A stretch of 64,000 nt of DNA, taken from positions 306,776,001 through 306,840,000 of the forward strand of contig OZ024740.1 of assembly GCA_964016885.1 (NCBI GenBank), given 5' to 3'. The DNA is from Eledone cirrhosa. Lineage: Eukaryota. Both the position numbers and the translations under genes were made by a program. Positions 40,086 through 52,585 of this stretch are shown here, in pieces; position 1 is the first letter of the stretch; the number at the start of each line of letters is the position of its first letter. The notes under the pieces are model-generated. The model ran no database searches. It saw nothing but the letters and a program-made list of their open reading frames with translations, and had not been told where the DNA came from.

Positions 40086-41889
40086 ATCCATCCTTATTCT
40101 TAACATCCAGGGCTCCTCTCTTTGAGTGAACGGATAGAATTAGGGGATATGGGGTCTCCTCCTTCTCATTTCCACCTCTGTTCTTTTGTTGTTGTTGTTT
40201 CTATTGAAAAAAGACAGCTGCCGTTGATAAGATAATTGTGTGCGATGTGTCTGAGAGAGAAAGGGAGAGTTGGGGGGAGGGGGGGACTTGATACCGTCAT
40301 TGAAAGCTATAGTTTGCTGCTAACCAACTCTGATAAGGGCTGTTTGTTGTTGACGTTCTCATTGTAATATTATTACTAATTGTTTTGTTGTTTGGATTTT
40401 GTTTAGTTTTTTTTTTTGTATTTATTGCTGTTATCGTCGATGTATGTGTCTTCTATGCGAGGGAAGAGTTGAGGATAAATCCCCCCCCCCCCCACCTCTG
40501 CGCGATTATGTGTAAACCCCCGATTCCTCAGCCCTATTAAAGAATGTGAGCCTAAGCCGTCAAGTCGTATGTACTTGTACTGCTATTCACACTTAATGTT
40601 TTTCCTACTGTGTGTTATCTAATAACCTCTTGTTTTTGCGGCATCTCGCGATATCACTTGCAAATAGTTGGTACCTGTTGAGATGTCACGGACCCCTTCG
40701 TCATAGTTCTGTTTGCTTGGACACAAACCAGAACTGGTGAAGCTAGGATTAAGGAGTACTGGTCTAATGACACGTGATATTAGTAATTGCTAGACCCAGA
40801 CATATCTACTTAGACCAGTACATACACACACTCTTTTTCTCTTTATCACCATCATCAACCTTAACATCTTTTGTTGATTAGTTTCTCTTTCGGAGAGAAA
40901 AAAATATATATTGTTCTGATTTTCTTGCCATCACTGTTCTTATCTCCTGTGGCGTTCGTTTTCTTTTAATCAATCAATTAATTAATTTTTTTGCCGCCTT
41001 CGTTCTTTTCATTTTTCTTCATTTCCATAGCCGAGTCGGTAAGTTAGATGTATCACTATTTTCAATAAAATTCTCACCAGAGTCAATATATCATTCACTT
41101 TCTCTCTGGGTCGATAAAGTAACGTATTGGGTAATACATGGATGTTGCTTTGCTGTGCTACTGGCGTTAATCTCTACTTCATCTCTTGGTACACCAACAC
41201 ATACTTCACATTCTATTTCCAGTCCGATTCATGTCGACGCAGACCATTGCTATTCTATTAAGTCATGTAATTATCGTTATTCAGTGAGATATTTGATTGG
41301 TTATGTCGACTCCACCCTTTCCCCTAAGATCTGTTAATATTTGTTGCTGCAGTGGTGGGAACAACAACCCATGAAGTAACTTCATGGGACAGAAGATATA
41401 TTGATATGCTTTTTAAAGTATGTTTTCACTTTGTCCCAAACTTTACAACAGCAGTCTAAACCACACTTGTTGGCATGCCCTATTCGCCATCATAATGTGT
41501 TCGGTAACGGAGAGACCGAATCTGGGCTATAATTGTTACCAACAATGTTATTCAATAAAGGATCTTTCTCATTGCGCATGTTTCATTCACCCATTCTCTA
41601 TACGCCGAATAAAAATCAAATAGCCGCTATCTTCCATTTTCTGATGTTATCATCTTCGTTATCTTCTAATGTGCTCTTAAGCGTCTTGCTCTCTAGAATT
41701 GTCGTCTGCTTTTTAAAGTTGTTGTTCTCGGGTAGTTTTACTTTTACTTTACTTCACCTTTAGCCTACCATATTTGTAGGAGGCTACGTTTCCTTTTTGT
41801 CTCGGCTATTATCTTTTTCTCCTCTCCAATTTTATTTCCGCATCAGAGTGACCCCTTTGCCTTGGCCTCCGTGTGTGTGTGTGTGAGAG

Positions 41890-42376
41890 AGAGCCATACA
41901 AGTGCCGTTGTAGAACCAGTCATAGTGCAGGTCGATTCTCTCGGCATGTCCAACCGATTTCCTGTCACAATTGGAGCATGTCGGCCTTGACTGCGGTGAT
42001 GGTTGGCATCCACACGGGGTAACGTTTTCCCGTTTGAAATGGGTGAATCTGGGATATCACATGTTGCAACACGTTCTCCGATGCCAACCTCATCGCTTAG
42101 GTCACAAACCTGGGTATCGCCGTTCGTAACGCAGAGAAGCGGAAAATAACCAAATACCAGGCTTTGACTGACTTCTTTTTTTTTTTTTTGTGCCAGTGGC
42201 CATCGAAGCCCTAAATGTTATCAGTTCCCAGACTGCCCCCCCCCCCCCGCAAAATCGAGAGAAGTGCACCGTGCCTAATGAAGAAGCCCTGTGATGTGGA
42301 ACGGCTAATGCAACGAGTGTCACTAGCTGTTCTCCGCGGTAATACTTTCACCCTCTTGTCCACGGGGCACAGCTAA
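41890..42376 (+). mobile_element. CRE-like retrotransposon RLE fragment (decayed)
   Basis: FPFEMG..WDITCCNTFSDANL...AEKRKITKYQAL...VPVAIE...RLMQRVSLAVLRGNTFTLLSTG*, homologous to 5100-5490. Confidence 0.8.
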
Positions 42377-42902
42377 GATATACCGCCCAGTCAAGGGTGT
42401 AGAGCTTTCCCCCTCCCTTCTCTTCTTTTAAATTGAATGTTAAACCCTCCTGTTTTTCTCTACCTCTTTATTATTAGATTTCAAAAAAAAATACTTTCAT
42501 TATTGTATACTTCTATCCACTAATATATAATTGCAATTATATATTTCATCTCATCGCTTCCAGTTTCTCTCCTATATTCTCCCTTTTGCTTTCATCTCCT
42601 CCCTTTATTTTACCTTCCCTGTTAATGCTATTTATCTATTTATTCCCCAGCTCTCTTGTGTTAATATCCTCTCTCCTACTATTATCTCTCTCGCTTATTA
42701 TAAAGAAATTATTATTATTGTTATTATTATTATCTTCTCTAACATTCCCACTCTAATTGCTTTTTCGTTTTCCATGTTTCATTTTCCAAATTGTTCCATT
42801 TGCTTTCTTCCCCATCGCCAGCCTAATCTTTGTTTTATCTGAACATGTTTTTATATCTCTCTCATTCACACACACACACACACTCATTCACTCATTCACT
42901 CA

Positions 42903-42938
<36 letters not shown>

Positions 42939-43790
42939 CCCATTTTCCATCTAATTTTCTTGCCTTTCCTTCTCTCTCTTCTCTCGTTCTGTCTTCATTT
43001 GCTGTCGCTACTCTCTTCTCTCCATTTTCCTTGCTGTAACCCGCCAATCTATCCCACTCCCCGTAATTCATTCTACTATCACTCACAATCCCTCTTCTCT
43101 TCCTCCACTTTCTCTCTATACCTTTCTCATTCTTAACCTACTCCCTATAATCTCTTCTTTACTTCTCCCACTTTCACTCTCATTTCATTCACCTGTTCGC
43201 TTTTCTTTCTCCCTTCCTTCATCCCATCATTCTATTCACTTTTCAGTGCTGTGTTATATTAACTCCTTCCCGCTTCTTCGCTTATCTCATCCCCCCTCTC
43301 TATTTTCTCTTTCTGTTCCCTTTCCTTAAGCATCTCCCTCCTCTCTTTCTACTCTCTCTCTCTTGCCAAGCTACCTTTATTCCATGACTACACACGAAAA
43401 TATGCAGCCCAAGCTCGTCTGGAATGTTCCTCCGCTAAATGCCTCTGACAGCCAGAAAACGACCTGTTTCACTCGGCTGCAACCGTGAGCAAACCAGGGG
43501 ACATTTTGGATCGTCGAATTATGGCAGCTATCACGCGAATCTTTCAACATTCATTGCCTATCGAACTTGTGCAGTTGTTGTTGGTGATGGTGGTTTAGGT
43601 GGTGGTATATAGGGCTGTTGTTGGTAGTTGTATATAATGTTAGTAGTGATGCTATATAGTGGTGGTGGGGGTAATACAGATAGGGCTGTTGGTGGAAGTT
43701 GTATACAATGCTGGTAGTGGAATGCTAGTGGTGATGATATAAGGGTTGATGATGGTGGTGGCGATGGCATTGGTGTGTGTGTATGTATAT

Positions 43791-43975
43791 GTATCCCGGG
43801 TTCAATCGGGGGTAACTACAGTAAGAAAGGTACTCAATACACAGTATACATTTTTAATATATAAATGGCTTCTACAGGACTAGAACTGTTTCATTCGAAG
43901 GAAATCATCAGGAAAGCTTTCCTTATTTCCTTCGAATGAAACAGTTCTAGTCCTGTAGAAGCCATTTATATATAT
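43791..43975 (-). mobile_element. Penelope-like palindromic element with type I hammerhead ribozyme on the minus strand
   Basis: Minus strand reads TTTC-CTGATGA-TTTCCTTCGAAT-GAAA-CAG-TTCTAGTC-CTG-TA-GAAG; inverted arm at 43925-43972. Confidence 0.75.
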
Positions 43976-45218
43976 AGTAACGGTGTTTGTGGAATGATAA
44001 GAGTGGTTGTAAAGATCAGGTTGATTGGTGATCGGGAGGGGTGAAAGTGGTGATTGTGTTGGTGTTGGTGAAAATGATATAAAAACGATGTAAAAAACAA
44101 AAACAAGCGGCGATAGTCCTGCCAGGTGTCATCTATAGACGCACTTTCTAAGATTAGGTCATGGTTGTACAGGATTCTCACCACTACATCATTTATTTTT
44201 GTTTGTTATGATGGCAAGGGATAGTCACGTGCCACACTATAAAACCTCCAGAGGGGAGAGACACTGTTAGCAGTAGTTTAGGGGCTGTAGAATGGAGAGG
44301 AGGGTTAGTCACATGCCTTTACAAAGAATTGAAAAGGACACATTCGTAGTGGTAGTCGGGTTTGTTGTATAGAAAGGATATCTAAGTCACATGCCTCTAC
44401 AAGGAATGGACCCAAATGGGACCACTAAGAGCAAAATTGTTTAGAATTACTTGTAATAGTCGTAGTGGTTGCCGTGGTAAGGTTGGTAGTGATAATACCA
44501 GTGGCGATGGTAGTGAGAGTACTGGTTGTATGGTCAGGTGGTAATGGTTGTACTGATGGGGTGGTAGTAGAGATATCTAGTGGTGGTGGTGGTAGTACTT
44601 CTGGTCAGATGGTAATGGCAGCGATATTGCACAGTGGTGATAACGGGAGGGGGGATGTCGGTGGTATTTGTGGTCAGGTGGTAATGATAATAATGGTAGT
44701 GATAGCGCGGAGTGGGGGTAATAGAGATAGCGGTGGTGGTGGTGATACTCGTGGTCAAATGGTAATATGATAGTAATGGTGGTAATTCTAGCGGTAGTAT
44801 TTGTGGTGTGGAGATATTACTGATTATTGCTGGTGATGGTGAAAATATTGGTTTGAATACGGGGAACAAGAGGGTTGTTTACGATTTTGTCTCATGGGGT
44901 TTCGGGTTTGATCTCCACTGTGTAGCATCTTTGGCAGGTGTCATTTTATCATAGCTTCGGGTTTGGCGTAAACCTTGTCAAAGAGATTGAGTGGACGGAA
45001 GCAGTGGAAACGCGTTACATGAACATCACCTCTAAATGAAATGTCCAGCCTTGTAAACACACACACATGCACACGCTCGCGCTGATTCTGTCTGAGGACT
45101 ACAAGAATACAAGTAGTTGTGGTGTACTCAGCCACTTTACTCTACAATTCAATGAATATGTAGTTCAGTTAACAAATGCAATGCTGATAGTCGAAACTGA
45201 CGGAGATCCATTTACGTA

Positions 45219-45262
<44 letters not shown>

Positions 45263-47905
45263 CGTGAGACTATACGTACTGTTCTGTTGATGCCTCACCC
45301 CTCTCCCTATATCTGTATAAACACGTTTCATATATGCTTGCGTGTACTGTTTGGTGCATGTCATTGCCTGCCTGTGTATCCGTTATTGCATGTCTTTGTA
45401 TACGGCTTGCTGCACATGATTGTGCGTACGTGCATGTAACATGCTATTGCGTGTCTGTAACATGTGTGGTTTAGTGCATATGCGAATGCATGCACATATA
45501 TATAAATATCATGCGCGTGTTTTGTTGCACTTGACTGAACATGCATCCCAGGCTATATAATCTAATCTGTCCTATTTTTTTTTTTTCGAACGATTGGCTA
45601 CATGCAATGTCTTAATGTGTGTGTGAATGTATGTTATGTGATTGCCTACATGCAATGTCTTAATGTGTGAATGTATGCATGTGACTACATGGTATGTCTT
45701 TTGATGTGTGACTGCCTTCATGTAATGTTTGTTAAGGTTTCTGTATTTGTGTGTGTGTTAATCAGGCCCAGCTCCTGGGTATTTAGTGCCCTAAGCAAGC
45801 ATTATATAATGTGCATCTCTTTCTCCGTGTTATGCGCCCCATTCTCCTGAATTAAAAAAAATTCGATGTATAGTTTAGCAAGGGGATAAGTCTAGATTTC
45901 GACACTTTGAAAATTTCTAAACCTACATTATCTGCTACACACTCACCCGCGCCAAATCTTGTTATAGGTCATAACACCATACGACCCTCTTCACCGTGTT
46001 GGATATGTCAAAAGCGTTGCTACATGGCAAAGATGTTTAGTGATTTATTTATTGATCGTAGAGAATTATATATTTAAATTATACATATTTGAATAAAGCT
46101 GTGATCATTTAAGGACCAGTAAGTAATGCGCTTCTCTGGGGTCTACACTTTAAATGGCTGTCTAGTTGACTTTAATGGTAGCACCATTATGGTGTTAATG
46201 AATGTGTGTGTGTAAATGTTTGTGATTGCCTACATGTTATGTCTTCATGCGTGTGAATGTATACATGTGGCTTTACATGTGTGTGCTAATCTATTATGAC
46301 TATATGTTTGTTTATTAGCGCTTGTACTTATGCATGTGACTGCTTGCATAATGTATGTTAATGTGTGTGTATGTATATATGTAGGTGTATGTATGTAATG
46401 ATACATGTGGTTATGTCTACATGCAGGTTGTTTGCGATGAGGTCACGTGCGCACGGATATTAGTAGTACAATTCGTGGCTGGCTGTGTGTTTGACTGTGA
46501 CTTGAGTGCTTACTAGCATACATGTACGTGGTATTGCTGAAGTGTGTGTGTGTGTGTGCGCGCGTGCGCGCGTGCGTGCGTGCGTGCGCGCGCGCGATTC
46601 TATTCCCAGCTTAAATTTTTGTGTTTTATTTTCTGCTATGCTTTCTCTTGTCTGTCTTCCTCCGTGTTTCGGTCCTGCTTGATGTCAGCAGCTTTCAACC
46701 CACCCATATCTCTCATGCCTCTATTCTCTATATCTATCTATATTACAACTTTTTTCTTTCTTTTTGTCTCATATGCTCTTTATCATCTTTTCTTTGCGCA
46801 CACATACTTACACACTCACACGATTCAACATTCGTACATACACAATTCACACACACAACTTACTTTAAATAATTTCCCATGTCAACACAGTCTATAAGTG
46901 AGGTTAAGGAACTTTAGAAATTCCTCATAGTCACGTGCAGTCCCCTTCACACTTTGTGGTACAAACAAACTCAACTTCATACAACTTTTAAGTTAAACTA
47001 ATTACTGCACTGCACTGTATATCCAGTTTGTTGTTTTGGCCCCTTTCGTCTAGCAGTCTTGCGATGTCTCTCTCGCCCTGGGTGGCTGGTAGGTGGATGA
47101 TGTACCCTAATGGTAAGGTGGGTGAAATATTGATACCTACCAACCATACATGTCTAATGGAACGTATCAAAATCATATCTATTTTCCCTCTACGTAATCC
47201 CCCCCCCCTCTCCCCGAATCAAATAGTGAACTGTGGGACCACTTTGTCAGTGACTACGATGGCATCTCATGACTTTATTTGACCCCTGACATCAACCTTT
47301 CCTCTACAATCTTAAAATTCCAATTCATGATATTCCCACAATTAGATCTGTTTCATTATCGTAATTTTTCTATGCCTCTTCAATCTCTCTCTCGTTCTCT
47401 CTCTCCACCATTGTACCTTAATCCTGACGACCACCACATCACCCCTCCTTACTGAGTTAAATCAGCAATCTTAACTTCCCCATATCTCTCCCCATTTATA
47501 TTTCCTACCACCTCTACTCCAGCACTATCTTCATACTCTTCCGTACCACACTCAGCTGCTGCCACTACCTCTAACACTCTACCTTACTACTATCAAAGAG
47601 GCCTCTACATGGTTGCTCGACCTGCTAAAAATAGCAGCCGATTCTCCATCATGCTATCCTTCTTTAAAAAAATGCAAGAGTTGCATTGGGTAGTATGGTC
47701 TTCTAAAAGGAATGCCTTTGATCATAAGTCTATTTGATCAATATAGGCCTGGGGTTTACAACGACACTATCACACCCGCCAATAATAAGATAAACAACTG
47801 TACAAAAGTCATCTTGGAAAATCAACTTGTACATTGGTTTTATAGTGTAATGTTGCCATGGTACGATTGTTGAGTAGTGGTGTTGTGGTAGTAGTGGTGT
47901 AATAA

Positions 47906-48120
47906 TGGTTTCTTATATAGGCACAAGGCCAGCAATTTGGGGAAGGGGAATGTCGATTAAATCGACCCCAGTGCATTACTGGTGCTTTATCTTATCGGCT
48001 CCGTAAGGATGAAAGGCAAAGCTAAACTCGGCAGAATTTGAACTCAAAACGTAAAGGGCCATAGCTCTATTCCGCAAAGCATGGTGTCTGACGCTCTAAC
48101 GATACTGCCAATCCACCACC
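47906..48120 (-). mobile_element. tRNA-derived SINE (Meta-domain-like family)
   Basis: Full head-core-tail in reverse complement. Confidence 0.82.
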
Positions 48121-48819
48121 ACAATGGTGTAGTACTGGTGGTAGTCGTGGTAGCATGTTATGATGGAGTCACAGTAATTAATGTGGTGTACAGAGCCAGC
48201 GCTACCATTAAGGCAACAGCCTAGGGTGCAGACTTCAGGGAGGCGCATAACTGAACTTTAGATGATATTAAGTTGGTATTTGGAACATAACTTAACAAAA
48301 GTTCTTAGACAAAATTATGGTTGAAGGTTTTTAGATAAACAATAGCATCATGAGCAATTTGGTATTGAAATAGTTAAGATAGTAGGGTGTGATTTGGTGA
48401 TATTTGGTTGCTGTTTCTGTTAGGTTCACTTTGTAGCCGCTGTCCTGTTCACTTGAAAACATCGCTATCTTTACAAAGTTATCTGAAATTATATAACACT
48501 TAGTTTACTTTTTATGTTAATAATACTTTACCAGTACTTAGGAACTACAGTAAAACGGAGGAAGTTCTAATGTGAAGTTTAGCTAGCATTGGAAACTCCT
48601 ATCTATCAGCATATAAATCATAATTTGTTTTCAACATTCACATCAGATTTTGACATAATAGAGGCCCATATATTCCATGATGTGACAGCTGAGGGATTCC
48701 CCCCCTCCCCCTTATTTTATTCTGTCATCTCCACTCTCCCAAAACTGGTCATGTTTTCCTTCCCAATAATTACTTTCAAGCTCGTAAATTGAATAATGAT
48801 CTTATTTCCCCTTTCATGA

Positions 48820-48863
<44 letters not shown>

Positions 48864-48939
48864 GTAGGTCCCAGGTTGAGTCGGGGATAACCACAGTAAG
48901 GTACTCAATACATGGCAGAGTAAATTTTTTTTATTTTAT

Positions 48940-49043
48940 AGGAGCTTCTACAGGACTAGTACTGTTTCATTCAGATGAAATCTTCAGGAAGCTTCCTGAA
49001 GATTTCATCTGAATGAAACAGTACTAGTCCTGTAGAAGCTCCT
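48940..49043. ncRNA. Perfect palindrome encoding a type I hammerhead ribozyme on both strands
   Basis: AGCTTC(stem I)-CTGAAGA(48996-49002)-TTTCATCTGAAT(stem II)-GAAA(49015-49018)-CAG-TACTAGTC-CTG-TA(49033-49034)-GAAGCT(stem I'). Confidence 0.78.
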
Positions 49044-49150
49044 TCTATATATATATATAGTAATAATAATAAATTTGAAGACTGGAATCCAAAGAGGGCT
49101 CGATAAGGATAAATATATATCAAATATATAAGAACCGTAGAGCAAATATT

Positions 49151-49276
49151 TATTAAAATAACAGATTAAAGTTTAAGCAAAGAATCACTGCTTTCACCCT
49201 TAACGGGATCTCAGAAGATCCCGTTAAGGGTGTAAGCAGCGATTCTTTGCTTAAACTTTAATTTGTTATTTTAATA
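49151..49276. repeat. Near-perfect inverted repeat with hammerhead-like core
   Basis: About 60-bp arms with a 4-nt loop; minus strand CTGAGA-TCCCGTTAAGGGT-GAAA-GCA...TGC-TT. Confidence 0.8.
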
Positions 49277-49290
49277 TATATATATATATA

Positions 49291-49480
49291 TAAATTAATA
49301 AAAACAATGAATAAAAGAAACAGTTCCTTATATTAAAAAATTCATCATTTTACGATCGTTTCTAGGATATATGTGTGTGTTGGTATGTATATCAACTCAT
49401 ATATCCTAGAAACGATCGTAAAATGATGAATTTTTTAATATAAGGAACTGTTTCTTTGTTTTTATTCATTGTTTTTATTA

Positions 49481-49485
<5 letters not shown>
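49291..49485. repeat. Near-perfect inverted repeat with hammerhead stem-III half (GAAACGATCGTA)
   Basis: About 85-bp arms between (TA)n tracts. Confidence 0.85.
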
Positions 49486-49536
<51 letters not shown>

Positions 49537-49621
49537 TATATAGATATATTGTGGCTGTGTATTTCAATTAATTTACAAAAATAATCGAAATGTTAGAGGG
49601 TTTTTTGTAAAATAACTGTAA

Positions 49622-49678
49622 TGGTAGCACAGTGGTTTTGGATAACCAAAGATGTGGGTTCGACTCCCATGTACGCCA
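49622..49678 (+). pseudogene. tRNA-like fragment (pseudogene or SINE head)
   Basis: A box TAGCACAGTGG, T arm GTGGGTTCGACTCCCAT, ends in CCA; anticodon arm and acceptor stem are not canonical. Confidence 0.4.
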
Positions 49679-50055
49679 ATACTCATCTTTTTCCATTTCT
49701 TAGAAGGTTTTCTAATCGCCACTATCAGGCTAAAATCTCTTTAGTAAAAAAAAAAAATACGGTGAAATCTTCTATTTCTAATTTTAAACTAGCTCCCTGT
49801 TTCAAAACAAACTAACTCTAGATCTATTAAACTGGTGTTCAGAACAGAAGGTAAATGGACCTCCGTTGATTTCATGATGATTGTTTCAGCTGTTCAGTCA
49901 ACTGAAGGTCCTATTCATCCTAATTAAGTATTCCACACACACACAGACCCTTAACACACTTCTCGGGAAGATTTAGAATGGCTACAATGTGGACAAGGCT
50001 GACATTCTGAATTACAGATACAGTCCATCTGAGGGCCTTCTAAACAATTTCCGTT

Positions 50056-50417
50056 TACTCTTGGTTCCCAAATAATAGGGGTGGTGGAATTAGTGGGTTG
50101 GGGTGGAAAATCGGCAATTTTTCTAGGTTGTCTCCGGTGATAAACCCCCCCCCCAAAAAAAAAAAAACCAGAATTAGTCGTTTAGTTTACATATTGAGAT
50201 CCCAACCTATTCTATTTATTTTATATGGGATTTCTAGTAATGTTCTTTTTTTGTCATGTATAATATTTTTTAATGTTTAAAGAAAATTGACACAGGAATT
50301 CAACCACTTAAAATAAAATTTCGCTGGGGATAGATTAGCAAAAATTTAATGGTGGGTAGAGGGGGTATCTGAAAAATTAATAAGCGGGGGGAAACGATTA
50401 TTCGGAACTTGAGAGTA
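50056..50417 (-). mobile_element. TA-flanked MITE family copy 4
   Basis: (TA)CTCTTGGTTCCCAAATAA ... TTATTCGGAACTTGAGAG(TA); internal similarity to 5660-6034 in reverse; inserted into another repeat. Confidence 0.8.
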
Positions 50418-52585
50418 CCCAATTTAATTCACAAAGTATGAGTTAACCTGAGGCTACTGTAGAAAAAAAAAGCTCCACCTGCTCAAGATACTTCTCGACC
50501 ATTTGACCATTCTGCAACATTCAAAGTGTTTATCAATCAAAATTATAATTTAATATGGACATTTTAAGAACAGTGATCTGAGGTGGGTTGATATTGATAA
50601 TCCAGGCTACGAGGGCTTAAATAACATTCTGGGTGATGCACCATTATTCACAGATTAATGGAATGAAAATGAAAAATTTGTCATAATTTTTGTAATGTTT
50701 TAGTTGATTTATTGCATGGCTATTTTTTTAATTCCTGGAATAGCATGGCTATTTTGGATATTCTGTCTGGATTTGTATTGTAGTTTTAGGTTAACAATAT
50801 CCTTCAACTGTCATAATGCCACTTTCCCAGCTGTATTTCTCAATTTAGTCTGAAACTGCCTAGTTTATCTTCGTTGCTAAGTAACAAGACATGCCACTGA
50901 TTCAACAACAGTTACATACCCTGGAGGATGCTGTCATTTTTCTTTTTATGTGTATGTCTGTCTCTGTGTGTATTGGGTAGGAGCAGTGTGGTTTACATGT
51001 GTCATAAAGTTGTTTTATTGATGGTGTGCATGTGTGTGTGTGCACACACAGAAACACTGTTTCAGGTTTGAAGCTGAAACAAGCAGCCCTAAACCAGTGA
51101 TACTGTAAAGATTTTTTTGTGCATTCCTATGTCAGTGATTAGGTAATTGTGTGTGTTTTTCATGTGAGTGGGGGACAAGTTTGTGTTTAGTAATAGGTAT
51201 AATCTTATCCTTCTATCAACTTTCAAGCTGTGATCATTACAAATTTGTGTTAAACACATTGTTGTAAAAAGTAGGGCTTGGATACAGTTGTTCCCATCAC
51301 TCTAAATTACAGTGTTTCCTATCTAATGTATTAAGTTGAATGAACACTGAATGTCCCTAAATGGTGTATCACTCTTGAACTCAAAAAATCAGATCACACA
51401 CCATTTCACTCCTTTGCATGACTGTTGCAGAATTAGATAAATGGTAATGGGTTATTAACTATTTGGTCACAAGTTCATATCTTAATAGTACAGTCATTAC
51501 ATTCTGTCCCTTCAAGCAAGGCACATAAATCTGTTTGCCCAAAATGCCTGGCTGATAAAATGCCGATTCCACTCCCTACTTCACTGTTGAGAAGTATACA
51601 GCTTGCAGCATTCTCTGGCCTCTAACCTATGGAAGTTCCTATAACTAGTAGAAGGCTTTGGGCACAAGGTGACTAGCCATCTTCATAGATGACTGATTTT
51701 GCCAAACAAGTGAAAGACCAGATGCATGCCAGTGGAAGTTGGCAGCCAAGAGTTTGCAGCTTTTTCTCTTAGCAAAGCCTACACAACTCACTGGGAACAA
51801 GTAGAACAGCCATCAAAGCATAGGAGCAGCAGAGAGGACATCTAGATGGTTATGGCTGAAGAGAAGTGATGGACAGGGTCAGTAGTATGCATGTCACTTG
51901 GACACAAACTGATACTCAATCAACCACTGTTGGCTCACTTGGATAAGGGTGTATATATATTGTTAGACCCAAAACACCTAATGACTCCAGGAAAAATACT
52001 GAGGAGGTGTGTGAAGAACTGTTGAGCAGTTTACAGTAGGGAGGACATTCTGTTCTAAATAACAATCACCCCCAACAAAAAAAAAAAAACACTTCACCCA
52101 TACAGATGTACAAAAATGGTAAAATAGTGGAAAAAAAGTACCCCAAAAATAAATATTGGGGTTGACCTGATTAAACAGTTACACATCAACTAGCTAATCT
52201 TTGGGTGTTTTTAGCTGATACCACTCTGTTGCAAACATTTAGACCAAGATTCTGAACTGGGGATAACTTTCCACCAATCTCCATGGCTCGTCAGGCTGAT
52301 GCTTATCCCAGTTTCATGGTGTGAAGCGACTGAGAGTACAAGACTCCCCCCTAAACAGGACGTAATCAATCACAGGGTTAAACCTCCATATATTGCTGGT
52401 ACTTATTTTCAGCTGAGTATACTGGAGCAGCATGAAATGAAGTGTTTTGCTCAAGAACACAACCCACGATATTATGATCTTTAGTCCAAAACCCTTACCA
52501 CTAGGCCATGTGCCTCCACTAACCTGACTAAGCCATTTAAAAAATATGATTGAAAAGGAGGAGAAAGTGAGGTTTCGTTTTTAGG

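Noticed and set aside
44370-44400. KGYLS as the missing first PH strand
   Set aside because: Not followed by KxLK or a phase-0 donor.
49622-49678. Functional tRNA gene
   Set aside because: No proper 7-bp acceptor stem or 7-nt anticodon loop; kept only as a tRNA-like remnant.
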